A DNA stretch of 64,000 bases, taken from an uncultured delta proteobacterium. GTDB taxonomy: Bacteria; Myxococcota_A; Polyangia; Polyangiales; Polyangiaceae. The stretch covers positions 736,001 to 800,000 of the forward strand of contig CAWJCS010000004.1 of assembly GCA_963841435.1 (NCBI GenBank). The letters are read 5' to 3'. The position numbers and the translations under genes are program-made. Positions 9,015 through 18,666 of this stretch are shown in pieces. Each line of letters opens with the position of its first letter. The first letter of the stretch is position 1. The notes beneath the pieces are model-generated. The model was not told where the DNA came from, did not search any database, and worked only from the letters and a program-made list of their open reading frames with translations.

Positions 9015-10665
9015 CGCGTTGCGCTCCCTGGCCACCCGTTGGGCTCCTGCTGCCGGTGGCGTCATCCTCGCTGCGTTCGTCGTCGCGACGCAGTTTCCGG
9101 CAGCCGGCAACGACGACAGCCACATCACGTTCTGGGTGGCCCACGCGCTCGCCAAGCACGGCGCGGTCGTCAACTACGACGGCTTCCCAGTCGAGCAGAC
9201 CAGCAGCCTGTCACTGGCTTTCGTCTTGTCGCTCGCCGAGCGCATCGGGCTTTCAATCCCGAGCGCTGCCTGGGTCTTCGGGTTGCTCTGCGCGGCCGCG
9301 TCGGTGGCGCTTTCGTCCGGCCCGGAGCGCGAGCTCGAGGGACCACGCGCGATCTTCGCGCCGGTCCTCGTGGCAAGCTCTCTCCCCTTTCTCTACTGGA
9401 GCACGAGCGGCATGGAGGGGACGTTCATGGCCGCGCTCGGACTGTTGGTCGCGTTCGCCGCGGGCAGGCTCATCGACGCCGAGCGCGCGCCGAGGGCCCG
9501 CGAGCTCGTCGGCACCGGCCTTTTGGCGCTCGGGTTTGCGCTCGCGCGTCCGGAGGCGCCCATCGAGCTTTGCTCCATGGCTGCGGCTGCCGCCGCGCTC
9601 TCGATGCTGCGCGCGCTCTCGGACGAGGGTGCCGGGCGCTTCCGCCACACCGTTCGTGCGCTCGTCGCCGTGGGCGCGTCGGTCGTGCTTTCGCTCGGCA
9701 TCGCGCTCGCGCGCACCCTCGCTTTCGGTGTGCCGGTTCCGAACCCCGCGGCGGTCAAGACCCACGCCTTCGCGCTCGAGCCCGGGGTCGCGTACCTCGT
9801 CAACGTGTTCACGCTGTCGAGTCCATATCTGCCAATCGTTGCGCTTGCTGGCGCCGTCTTGGTCGTACGCGGGGGCATCGCCCGGCGGATGTCGTCCTGG
9901 CTCGCCATGGTGCTCGGCTTTTGCGTGGCGGCGCTCTCGTTCGTCGTCGTGAGTGGCGGCGACTGGATGCCCTGCGCACGCCTGCTCGTTCCCGCCGTGC
10001 CGGGCCTCGCCATCCTCGCTGCGGAGGCGCTCGGGACGCTCGCGCTCCGCTCGCGCCTGCTCGCTTCCATGATCGGCGTCGGCCTCGTCGCGCACGGCAC
10101 TTCGCGCGCGGTCGCCTTCGGGTCGTCGCCGCAAAATGGCAGCTACCGAGCCGAGGAAGCCCACGCGGGCGCCGCCCTTTTCCCGCACGCCGCCGGCTAC
10201 GCCTTCGCCGAGCTCGCCAATCGCGCCCACCGCCGCGATGCGAGGCTCCTCGAGCGCTTGATGCCCATTGCGCGGAGCGCGCGGCCGACGCGAGAGCGCC
10301 CGATCACGCTCATGTCCGGCCAGGCCGGCATGGTGCCGTACTACGTGTTTCGTGAGTTCTACGGGTCGGCGCGCTTCATCGACCTCTACGCTCTCACCGA
10401 TCCGCGACCGCTCGACTGCCTGCCGGAGCGGGCCCGTGCATTTCAGCTCCAGGGCGCGTGGCTCAGCCCTGCCTACATCATCGACCACGCCGACGAGCTC
10501 TCGGAGGACTGTGGTCTCGGCCGCCCCGACATCGTGTTCAGCACCGGCCGCTTTCCGCGCTATCTCGCCAAGCGCGGCTACCGAAAGGTCTATCAAGGCC
10601 CACGCGGCATGGAGGCGTTCATCGCCGTCGACGAGGACAGGTTCGGCGAAGCCCCTCCACGTTGA
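9007..10665 (+). CDS. Polytopic membrane protein, GT-C-fold (AftB/PMT-like) glycosyltransferase-like
   Basis: About 10 TM segments. DD motif after first TM (NDDSHITF), N....VE.TS, SGMEG, ARPE, GGDWMP..RLLVP; C-terminal soluble domain with D..ALTD. Confidence 0.6.
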   Translation: MADALRSLATRWAPAAGGVILAAFVVATQFPAAGNDDSHITFWVAHALAKHGAVVNYDGFPVEQTSSLSLAFVLSLAERIGLSIPSAAWVFGLLCAAASVALSSGPERELEGPRAIFAPVLVASSLPFLYWSTSGMEGTFMAALGLLVAFAAGRLIDAERAPRARELVGTGLLALGFALARPEAPIELCSMAAAAAALSMLRALSDEGAGRFRHTVRALVAVGASVVLSLGIALARTLAFGVPVPNPAAVKTHAFALEPGVAYLVNVFTLSSPYLPIVALAGAVLVVRGGIARRMSSWLAMVLGFCVAALSFVVVSGGDWMPCARLLVPAVPGLAILAAEALGTLALRSRLLASMIGVGLVAHGTSRAVAFGSSPQNGSYRAEEAHAGAALFPHAAGYAFAELANRAHRRDARLLERLMPIARSARPTRERPITLMSGQAGMVPYYVFREFYGSARFIDLYALTDPRPLDCLPERARAFQLQGAWLSPAYIIDHADELSEDCGLGRPDIVFSTGRFPRYLAKRGYRKVYQGPRGMEAFIAVDEDRFGEAPPR

Positions 10666-10713
10666 GCGCCGCCGCGTCGCCGCCGGCCCACGGCTCCGCT
10701 ACGCTTCGCCACG

Positions 10714-11958
10714 ATGCCCGAGCGCGAACGGCTCATCCTGCACGCCGATATGGACGCGTTCTATGCGTCCATCGAGCAGCGGGACCATCCAGAGCTGCGC
10801 GGCAAGCCGGTCATCGTCGGCGCCGCGTCCGCGCGAGGCGTCGTGGCCGCTGCGTCCTACGAGGCGAGGCGCTTCGGCGTGAAGAGCGCCATGCCGGGAT
10901 TTCGCGCGCGCGAGCTGTGTCCGGACGGCGTATTCCTACCTTCGAACATGGAACACTACGTTGCCGTATCGGCTGAAGTGCACGAGGTGTTCTTGTCGTT
11001 CACTCCGGAGATCGAGCCTCTCGCGCTCGACGAGGCCTTTCTCAACGTCACGGGCTCGCTCGGCCTGTTCGGCGACCCGGAGACGCTCGCGCGCAAGCTC
11101 AAGGCGGCGGTGCACGAACGCACCGAGCTCAACGTCTCCGTCGGGGTCGCGCCCAACAAGCTCGTCGCGAAGATCGCCTGCACGCTGGGAAAGCCCGATG
11201 GGCTCGAGGTCGTCGCGCCTGGCCGCGTCCGTGCCCTGCTCGACCCCTTGCCGATCCGTCGCCTTTGGGGCGTCGGTCCCGTGCTGGGCGCGCGCCTCGC
11301 GGCGCTCGGCATCGAGACGTTCGCCGATCTGTCGGGCTACGACGCGCGCGCACTTTTCGAAGCGATCGGCGACCGCGCGGCCGCGCTGCAAGCGCTCGCC
11401 CGCGGCGAGGACGATCGTCCCGTGGAAGCGGACCGCGCGCCCAAGTCGTATGGCGAGGAGAACACGTTCGAAAGCGACGTTTCCGATCGCGGGCGCGTGA
11501 CGGCGGCGCTCACGGCGCACGCAGAAGCGGTCGCGCGCCGCGTCCGGCACGACGGGTACGCGGGCCGTACCGTGACGCTCAAGGCGAAGCTCGCACGCGC
11601 GCGCGGCCGGCGTGAGTCGCGCGACATTGCCGGTGGGTCGGAGCCAAGTTATCCCCTTGTCACGCGCTCCAAAACTTTAGAGCACCCAACCGACGACGGC
11701 GCCACGATCCGCGCGCTCGCGGTCGCGCTCTGGGACGCTTCCGGCATCGACGAGCCCGTGCGACTGCTCGGTGTGTCGCTCTCGAGCCTCGAGCCGCGCT
11801 CGGCCGAGCAGCTCGAGCTGTTTCCGGAGCGCCAGGCCGCGCTCGGCGCTGCGCTCGACGCCATCCAGGAGCGCTTCGGCGAGCGTGCGATTTCGCGCGC
11901 GGTCGACCGCCCCGAAAAGATTACGCACGGCCGAACGAAGAAGCGCGGCGAACCCTGA
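10714..11958 (+). CDS. dinB: DNA polymerase IV
   Basis: ILHADMDAFYASIE, SYEARRFGV.SAMP, LALDEAFL, SVGVAPNKLVAKIA, VRLLGV, beta-clamp motif QLELF. Confidence 0.96.
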   Translation: MPERERLILHADMDAFYASIEQRDHPELRGKPVIVGAASARGVVAAASYEARRFGVKSAMPGFRARELCPDGVFLPSNMEHYVAVSAEVHEVFLSFTPEIEPLALDEAFLNVTGSLGLFGDPETLARKLKAAVHERTELNVSVGVAPNKLVAKIACTLGKPDGLEVVAPGRVRALLDPLPIRRLWGVGPVLGARLAALGIETFADLSGYDARALFEAIGDRAAALQALARGEDDRPVEADRAPKSYGEENTFESDVSDRGRVTAALTAHAEAVARRVRHDGYAGRTVTLKAKLARARGRRESRDIAGGSEPSYPLVTRSKTLEHPTDDGATIRALAVALWDASGIDEPVRLLGVSLSSLEPRSAEQLELFPERQAALGAALDAIQERFGERAISRAVDRPEKITHGRTKKRGEP

Positions 11959-12057
11959 GGCCCCGGGCCGGCGCCTCGGGCGCGCGTGACGTTTTTCCTA
12001 TTCGAACGAGGAAGGAGCCACGCTAGGCTCGGGGTTTCGAGGCGGCAGGCGCGGGGC

Positions 12058-15000
12058 ATGCAGACGAGCGGCGACAGCGGGCGGCAGCCAAACCACTTCG
12101 AGGGGCTTTTTCGCAAGGAGCTCGGCCTCGCCGAAGAGGAGTGTGCCGTCGCGACGGGCGCATCGGACGAGCCTCGAGTGACGTTCGTAGCGCGCGATAC
12201 CGTCGGCCTCTCGCTCTCGGGCGGTGGTATCCGCAGCGCGACCTTCAACCTGGGCCTCTTGCAGGCGCTCGCCGAGCTCGGCTGGCTCGGACATTTCGAC
12301 TACCTCTCGACCGTCTCGGGGGGCGGCTACGTCGGCGGGTTCTTCTCCGTCTATCTCGCGCGCCGGGGCAGAGCCGGCGAGCCACCGATCTTTCCGGGCG
12401 GTTCCGGTCCGGAGCCGAAGGAGATCCGGCATCTGCGCGAGTTCGGCAATTTCCTCGCGCCGCGCGTCGGCTTCTTCCAGAACGAGACCTGGACGCTCAT
12501 CACGTCGTTTTTGGCGGCGCTCGCGCCCGGCGTCACGGTCACGACGGCGCTCGGCGTCCTGTTCGTCAACGGGGTACTCGGCGTGGGCTGGTTGCTCGAT
12601 ACCCACCGGCTCGCGGCGTTCTTCGCGCTTTCGTTCGTCCACCTCCTCGCCACCGAAGTCTCCTGGCAGAAGACGAAGAAGGCGATGCCCGAGGACCGAC
12701 GCACGGGCGTCTACGTTTTCGCGAGCGTGCTCCTCGTTTTGGTCGGTGCCTTCGTCCTCGCCCGCTTCGTCGCCGGAGAGCGCTTTTTCGCGCGCCCCTT
12801 CCCCGTGCTCGGCGGCTGGGCTGCGCCCGGTGCCGGCTGGTTCGCCTCGCGCTGGCTGCTTTCGCGCTTCGTGAGCCCCCAGGCGCGGGGTGCCGTCGAC
12901 CGGGCCGCCGTGCGGCTGCTCGCGCTCTGTGGGGTGGTCGGCGTCACGGCGGTTGGGCTTCAGTTGGCCGTGCTCGTCGAGGGCGGGCTGCTCTCGTCCT
13001 GGGTCGCGCCGACCGGGGCCGCGATCTCGGGTGGGCTGTTCGGGCTGCTGATCAAGAAGGTTTCCACGCAAACGCGCGAGAAGGCCGTCGATTTCGCCAA
13101 GGATGCGCTAAAGCGCAGGCTTCCGCAGGTCCTGTCGCTCGCTTCCCTCGCGCTGATGCTCGTGAGCGTCGCGACGCTCGTGGTCTTCTCGTGGGCGGAG
13201 CCGTCACGTCGTGCGTTCGGCCAACCGCTCGGTCCCTTCGTGCTCGAAGTGGCCGCCGCCACGGTGCTCGTCGCGCTCGTGCTGTTCGACCCGAAAAAGA
13301 TCGGGCTGCACGCGGCGTACAGCGGTCGCATCGCTCGCGCGTTCCTGGGTGCCGTGTACACGGGAGACACCGAGCGGCGCGCCACGGCCGATTCCAGCAA
13401 GGACGACCTCGCCTTCGCGCGGATGCCCGCGCGCCCGTTGCACCTGGTCTGCTGCACGGCGAACGACCTCGCCGGTGACCCGCTCGCGACGCTCGACCGC
13501 GGTGGTCAGAGCGCCACGCTTTCGCGCCATGGGTTCGCGATTGCCGATCGCCATCGACCGCTCCTCGACAGGGAGATCGGCCTGGCATCGGCGCTCACGG
13601 CCTCGGCGGCGGCCTTCAACTCGAACATGGGCTCGTTCTCGGTGTGGCTCGGCCGTGCCTCGACGTTCCTCATGTCGGCGTTGAACCTCAGGCTCGGTTG
13701 CTGGCTCGCGCACCCGCGCTCCCTTTCACGCCACGAGCTTGCGACGCCCGGCTGCCTGTACTTTACGGAGCTTTTCGGCCTCACGCGCGCGCAGGGCAAC
13801 TGGGTGCACCTCTCCGACGGCGGCCATTTCGAGAACCTCGCGCTCTACGAGCTCGTGCGCCGTCGCACACGCTACGTTGTCGTGAGTGACGCGGGCCGCG
13901 ACCCCGAATCGTCGTTCGACGATCTCGGCAACGCGCTCGCCCGCATCCGCACCGACTTCGGCGTGGAGGTCCGCCTCGACCTTTGCGAGCTCCGACCGGA
14001 CGCCGATGGGCTCTGCCGTGGCCATGGCGCCGTGGGCGAGATCGTGTACGGGCCGAACGAGTTCGGATTGCTCCTCTACCTGCGTCCCGCGCTCACGGGT
14101 GACGAGCCCGAGGACGTGCGAAAGTACCGTCGCAAGCACCCCGATTTCCCGCACGAGAGCACGGGCGACCAGTTCTACGGCGAGGAGCAGTGGGAGGCGT
14201 ATCGCCGCCTCGGGCACCATGTGGCTCGGTCCATTTTCGGCCGGCCCGAGCTCGCGGAGCTCGCGCCGAAGCGGCGTACGAGCGAGCTCTTCCAGATCCT
14301 GCGTCAGGCGCTCTACCCGCTCGAGCCCGGCGTCGAGGAGACGTTTCTCGAGCTCACGGCGCGCTATGGAGCGCTCGAGGCGCGCATCGGCGCGGAGGCG
14401 CCGCCGTCGTTCTTGGCCGAGCTCTACCCCGAGCTCTTCCCCCCACCGTCGGGGGCGAAGGAGCGCGATGCGGCAACGGACCGGTCGGCTTCACTCTCGC
14501 TCTCCCTCGCGATGGCGCAGCTCATCGAGGACGTCGTGGTGGGCGGCAAGCTCTCGGCGAACGAGACGCATCCGTTGAACCTCGGGTGGACGAACGTCTT
14601 CAGCCGCTGGACTCGCACCCCGACCTTTCGCCTCTTCTGGCCGCTCTTGCGCCCGGGCTTCAACGCGGAGGCGCGGCGCTTCGTCGAGCACGAGCTCGGC
14701 GTGCCGAGCGGACTCTTGAGTCTCGAGGCGAGCCGGGGCACACCGTGGTCGTTCGCACTCTGCCTCGAGTCCGAAGGGGTCCCGGCCATCGCCGTTCCCG
14801 TCGCGACGGTCACGCTCGATGTCGCCCGGGGCGAGGCGAGCTTCACGCCCGACGGCTTCGTGGTCGCGCCGGGTTTCTGGGGAGCCGGCGTCGGGACACG
14901 CGTGCTCGAGCTCCTGCTCGAGGAGCTCCGTGCCGAGGCGGGCGTCGACCGCGTCTTGGTCGTCCCGGAGTCGTCCGCGAGCACGCCGCACGACCGCGGC

Positions 15001-15138
15001 GAGGTGCGCGAGCGCGCCGCGGGCCTGCAGTTTTTCCTGTCGCACGGCTTTCAGGCGAGGCGCGACGGCACGCTCGAGCTCGTGCTCCACCCCGCGCGGC
15101 CCCGTCAGGAGACGGGCTCGAGCATCACGACCGAGTAG
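12058..15138 (+). CDS. Patatin/cPLA2-like phospholipase with multi-TM insertion and C-terminal GNAT-like domain
   Basis: GLSLSGGGIRSATF oxyanion motif, DYLSTVSGGGY nucleophile, HLSDGGHFENL catalytic Asp, FPHESTGDQF; about 8-9 TMs between Ser and Asp. C-terminal FWGAGVGTRVL...FFLSHGF. Confidence 0.82.
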   Translation: MQTSGDSGRQPNHFEGLFRKELGLAEEECAVATGASDEPRVTFVARDTVGLSLSGGGIRSATFNLGLLQALAELGWLGHFDYLSTVSGGGYVGGFFSVYLARRGRAGEPPIFPGGSGPEPKEIRHLREFGNFLAPRVGFFQNETWTLITSFLAALAPGVTVTTALGVLFVNGVLGVGWLLDTHRLAAFFALSFVHLLATEVSWQKTKKAMPEDRRTGVYVFASVLLVLVGAFVLARFVAGERFFARPFPVLGGWAAPGAGWFASRWLLSRFVSPQARGAVDRAAVRLLALCGVVGVTAVGLQLAVLVEGGLLSSWVAPTGAAISGGLFGLLIKKVSTQTREKAVDFAKDALKRRLPQVLSLASLALMLVSVATLVVFSWAEPSRRAFGQPLGPFVLEVAAATVLVALVLFDPKKIGLHAAYSGRIARAFLGAVYTGDTERRATADSSKDDLAFARMPARPLHLVCCTANDLAGDPLATLDRGGQSATLSRHGFAIADRHRPLLDREIGLASALTASAAAFNSNMGSFSVWLGRASTFLMSALNLRLGCWLAHPRSLSRHELATPGCLYFTELFGLTRAQGNWVHLSDGGHFENLALYELVRRRTRYVVVSDAGRDPESSFDDLGNALARIRTDFGVEVRLDLCELRPDADGLCRGHGAVGEIVYGPNEFGLLLYLRPALTGDEPEDVRKYRRKHPDFPHESTGDQFYGEEQWEAYRRLGHHVARSIFGRPELAELAPKRRTSELFQILRQALYPLEPGVEETFLELTARYGALEARIGAEAPPSFLAELYPELFPPPSGAKERDAATDRSASLSLSLAMAQLIEDVVVGGKLSANETHPLNLGWTNVFSRWTRTPTFRLFWPLLRPGFNAEARRFVEHELGVPSGLLSLEASRGTPWSFALCLESEGVPAIAVPVATVTLDVARGEASFTPDGFVVAPGFWGAGVGTRVLELLLEELRAEAGVDRVLVVPESSASTPHDRGEVRERAAGLQFFLSHGFQARRDGTLELVLHPARPRQETGSSITTE

Positions 15139-15659
15139 CCGACGGCGCGCTCGCGCCCGGGATTCAGGTACGAATGCCGTTGGTCGCCCCGAAACACGAC
15201 AACGTCACCGGGCTCGACACGGAACGTATCGCCCGACGCCACGAGCTCGATCACCCCGACCTCGCAGGTCAGATACTCGCGCGTTCCGGGCGTGTGGGGG
15301 ACGCCCACGAGGCGCTCGCCTGCCGGCAGCTCGAGTCGCTCCATGAGCATGCCGGGCACGTTGTCGGGCAACAGCGAGCTGACCTCGACCCCGCCGCGTT
15401 TGCGCGAGGGCAGGGCGCCCTTCGGGTAGTGCCTGGCATTGGCGCGCGGCTGTGCGACGAGCTCCTCGAGCGAAACCTGCAGCGCGACGGCGACGGCGTG
15501 GAGCACGGCGAGGGTCGGGTTCGCGGTGCCCGATTCGAGGTTCGCCCACGTCGCTCGCGGTAGCCGCGAGATCTTGGACATCTGCTGCTGCGTCAGCCCG
15601 CGCCCCTGGCGCAGCTGACGGACGTTGGCGGCGAGCCGGGCCGCGAGATCGTCACTCAT
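15105..15659 (-). CDS. XRE-family HTH transcriptional regulator with cupin domain
   Basis: LR..RGLTQ.......LE.G.ANPTL; cupin PH..GT.EYL....G......GD...F.GD..HSY.N. Confidence 0.9.
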   Translation of the reverse strand: MSDDLAARLAANVRQLRQGRGLTQQQMSKISRLPRATWANLESGTANPTLAVLHAVAVALQVSLEELVAQPRANARHYPKGALPSRKRGGVEVSSLLPDNVPGMLMERLELPAGERLVGVPHTPGTREYLTCEVGVIELVASGDTFRVEPGDVVVFRGDQRHSYLNPGRERAVGYSVVMLEPVS

Positions 15660-15710
15660 CGTTCGCGCTCCTGCCGCGGCGCCGAGTCGGCTTTCCGCAA
15701 GCGTGTCGGC

Positions 15711-15739
15711 ACGATGACCTTATTCCAATCCCTTGTCAA
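15711..15739 (-). promoter_or_regulatory. Putative sigma70-type promoter of the XRE regulator
   Basis: Minus strand TTGACA (15739-15734), 17 nt spacer, CATCGT (15716-15711), in an AT-richer intergenic patch. Confidence 0.5.
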
Positions 15740-15779
15740 CCCTGCCACCAAACGAGCGAAGCGGGATCAAGCTCGTAGT

Positions 15780-16508
15780 ATGTCCAACGAAAAGCTTCTT
15801 TCCGTGATGGTGACCGGGGCGAGCCGCGGGCTTGGTCGCGCCCTCGCCGAGCGGCTCGCGGCCGATGGTGCACGAGTCGTGCTCGTGGCTCGCGGCGAGA
15901 CAGCGCTCGCCGAAGCGGTCGGAGCGATCCGGGCTCGCGGCGGCGAAGCCTACGGCCTCAGCGCCGACCTCGGCGACAAGCTCGCGGTGTACCCGCTCGC
16001 CGGCGCCGCCGCGGAGCTCGTCGGACCTCTCGACCTGCTCGTCCACAACGCGAGCGAGCTCGGGCCGACGCCGTTGCGGCCCCTCCTCGACACCGCCTGC
16101 GAGGACCTCGAGCGCGTGCTCGCCGTGAATCTGATCGGTCCGTTTCGTCTTTCGAAGATCGTCGCCGGTTCGATGGCGCTGCGCGGCCGGGGAACGATCG
16201 TCCACGTGAGCTCGGACGCCGCGGTGAACGCCTACCCGGGCTGGGGGGCATACGGCGTATCGAAGGCGGCCTTCGATCACCTCGCGCGCTCCTTCGCGAG
16301 CGAGCTCGGCGCGCACGGCGTGCGCCTCTTCAGCGTGGACCCAGGTGAGATGGACACCGCGATGCATCGCGCCGCTCTGCCGGAGGCGGATCCGAGCACG
16401 TTGCTCGATCCTCGGGGCGTTGCCGAGCGCATCGTACGCATGCTCCGCAGCGACGGCGTCGAAAACGGGGCAAGGCTCGAAGCTGCGTCGTTCGAGGCTC
16501 TGTCGTGA
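15780..16508 (+). CDS. SDR family oxidoreductase
   Basis: VTGASRGLG, HNAS, catalytic YGVSK, DPGEMDT. Confidence 0.9.
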   Translation: MSNEKLLSVMVTGASRGLGRALAERLAADGARVVLVARGETALAEAVGAIRARGGEAYGLSADLGDKLAVYPLAGAAAELVGPLDLLVHNASELGPTPLRPLLDTACEDLERVLAVNLIGPFRLSKIVAGSMALRGRGTIVHVSSDAAVNAYPGWGAYGVSKAAFDHLARSFASELGAHGVRLFSVDPGEMDTAMHRAALPEADPSTLLDPRGVAERIVRMLRSDGVENGARLEAASFEALS

Positions 16509-17570
16509 GCACGATGCGCGTGCTCGAGCCGGCGCGCAGCCCGGACCGGAAGAAGCCCGCGAGGCTTCTCGAGCTCGAAACGGGCGCGCCACCCCGCGAT
16601 CACTCGCTTTCCGAGCTTCCCTCTCTGCTCGATGCCGGGGACCTCGTCGTCGTCAACGACGCAGCGACGCTGCCGGCCTCGCTCGCGCTCGACTCGCACG
16701 ACGGCGAGCTTCGCCTCGCGGGCTTCGCACCCGGCGGTGCGTTCCGCGCTGTGCTCTTCGGCGCGGGCACGTACCGCGTGCCCACCGAGGCGCGTGGTCC
16801 GGCGCCGCGCCTCGCCCCCGGCGATCGTGGTGCAGCCGGGGAGCTCGGGTTCGAGGTGCTCTCGGTTCAACGCCGACGAGCCCAGGCTCGTGACGGTCGG
16901 CTTCGACCGGTCGGACGCAGAGCTGATGAGCGCGCTCTACCGCGTGGGGCGCGTCGTTCAATACGCGTACCTCGAGCGGCCGCTCGCACTCTGGGACGTG
17001 CAAACTGGCTACGCCTCCCGCCCCTTTGCTTTCGAGCCACCTTCGGCCGGGCTTTCGCTGTCGTTCGAGCTCTTCGGCGCCATGAGGGCGCGAGGGGCGC
17101 GCCTCGCGCGCGTGACGCACGCGGCCGGCCTCTCCTCGACGGGCTCGGCGGCGCTCGATCGCCGCCTGCCGCTGCCCGAGCGCTACGACGTGCCGGAGGA
17201 GACCGGGCTCGCCATCGAACGAACACGGCAGGCGGGCGGCCGCGTCGTCGCGGTGGGCACGACCGTCGTGCGGGCGCTCGAGAGCGCCGCCGCGAGCGGC
17301 AAGCTTCGCACCGGGGAGGGCACGGCGACGCTCGTGCTCGGCAAGGGATTTCGTCGTCGCGTGGTCGACGATCTGCTCACGGGGATGCACGTCGAGGGCA
17401 CGAGTCACTTCGCTCTCCTCGAAGCCTTCGTCGGTCGAGAGCTGCTGACCGAGGGTCTCGAGGTTGCGGCCGCGCTCGGCTACGAGGAGCACGAGTTCGG
17501 AGATCTCTGTCTCGTTCGCGGCAAGGGCCTGTGCGCCGTCGCCTCGACCGGGTGGCCACTGTGTGCATGA
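16505..17570 (+). CDS. QueA-family protein (divergent type); one +1 frameshift at about 16866
   Basis: GDLVVVNDAATLPA, VQYAY, EPPSAG, VTHAAGLSS, ERY.VP, VVAVGTTVVRALES, LLTG.H...TSH, Y..HEFGD. Removing one T in GGTTCAA joins the two ORFs. Confidence 0.82.
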
Positions 17571-17652
17571 GCGATCCGACGCCGCCCCCCGGCGCAACGA
17601 GCCCGGTGCTCGAGGGCCTGCACCGCTGGTTCGCTCGCACGGCTGCACCCGG

Positions 17653-17725
17653 GTGACGCGCACTGTCACTTTGGCGAGGCCCCGGCGGGAGCGTGTCTCG
17701 ACCGCGACAACGTGACCAAACTCAC
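17653..17725. promoter_or_regulatory. Cluster of short palindromes, candidate enhancer-binding-protein sites
   Basis: GTGAC-N7-GTCAC (17653-17669), TGTC-N8-GACA (17694-17709), GTGA-N6-TCAC (17712-17725), about 80-150 bp upstream of a sigma54-like promoter. Confidence 0.4.
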
Positions 17726-17802
17726 CCTGAGGCCGGCGACGATCGGCGCGTGCGCGCGACCGCCGGGCGTCGAAGTGAGCGCGCGTGACCCACGGGTCGG
17801 CG

Positions 17803-17818
17803 CGGCACGCGCTTTGCT
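17803..17818 (+). promoter_or_regulatory. Sigma54 (-24/-12) promoter
   Basis: CGGCACGCGCTTTGCT matches TGGCACG-N4-TTGCW with exact GG-N10-GC spacing, just upstream of a pilin-like gene. Confidence 0.65.
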
Positions 17819-17829
17819 GAGGGTTGAGC

Positions 17830-18222
17830 ATGACGATTCGAACACCGAGACGTCCCTCGCGGGGCGTGACGCTTTTCGAAGTGCTCATCGTCGTGGCGAT
17901 TCTCGCGCTCATCGCGTCCGCGGTCGGCATCGCGGCTTTCGACGCGTGGAAGAGAGCGCAGATCGAGCACGCGACCAGCAACGCCCGAGAAATGCGCCAC
18001 GCCGTGAAGACCTTCTGGGTGCAGCGCGACGCGACCGTGTGCCCGGACGTCGAGCGCCTCCTCAGCGATGGCTTGCTCGAGCGTGGCAGTCCGAAGCGCG
18101 ATCCTTGGGGCGGAGCCTGGGTGATCGAGTGTGACGGGGAGGATGCGACCGTCGTCTCCGCCGGGCCCGATCGCCAGCGCGGCACCAGCGACGACATCCG
18201 CGCGCCGCCGCTCGATGGTTAG
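17830..18222 (+). CDS. GspG-like pseudopilin / type IV pilin-like protein
   Basis: Prepilin cleavage site RG|VTLFEVLIVVAIL (Glu at +5); DPWG..W, VVSAGPD...GTSDDI. Confidence 0.88.
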   Translation: MTIRTPRRPSRGVTLFEVLIVVAILALIASAVGIAAFDAWKRAQIEHATSNAREMRHAVKTFWVQRDATVCPDVERLLSDGLLERGSPKRDPWGGAWVIECDGEDATVVSAGPDRQRGTSDDIRAPPLDG

Positions 18223-18240
18223 CCGAGCCCAGCGGGCTCG

Positions 18241-18618
18241 CTACGGTGCCGGTTTCGCGCCGGAGGAGGCGTGGGTGCGCGCCGCGGTGTCGTCCCCGGC
18301 CAGCTTCCATTCGAGCGTCTCGGGGTCTTCCTCGAAGCAAGGCAGGTTCCCGACGCAGGGCGGTTTCACCGACGCGGGGCGGCAGCCGCGATCCGTGCAG
18401 TGGACGAGCGTGTACATGAAGTTGCACGCCACCGCGTACTCGCGCACGCTCGGTGTCTCGCGGTTCAGAGCCACTTCGAGCTCGCTTCGCCCGCATTGAA
18501 GGTTTCGCGCGCCGACGTCGAGGACGGCGTCGGGAGCGCTCGCGCAGCCTGCAAATGAGCCCAAGGTAAGCGCCGCGAGCGCGCCCGCGCGGGCGCGTTT
18601 CGAGCCTCGTTTCGACAT
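18241..18618 (-). CDS. Small Cys-rich lipoprotein
   Basis: Basic N-terminus, hydrophobic stretch, FAGC lipobox, six further Cys. Confidence 0.7.
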   Translation of the reverse strand: MSKRGSKRARAGALAALTLGSFAGCASAPDAVLDVGARNLQCGRSELEVALNRETPSVREYAVACNFMYTLVHCTDRGCRPASVKPPCVGNLPCFEEDPETLEWKLAGDDTAARTHASSGAKPAP

Positions 18619-18666
18619 GCACGCTACGACACGGCGAAAGCCACGGGGCTTGGGTATGATCACGGC

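Noticed and set aside
10666-10713. LexA/SOS box upstream of dinB
   Set aside because: No recognisable LexA operator in the 48-bp gap.
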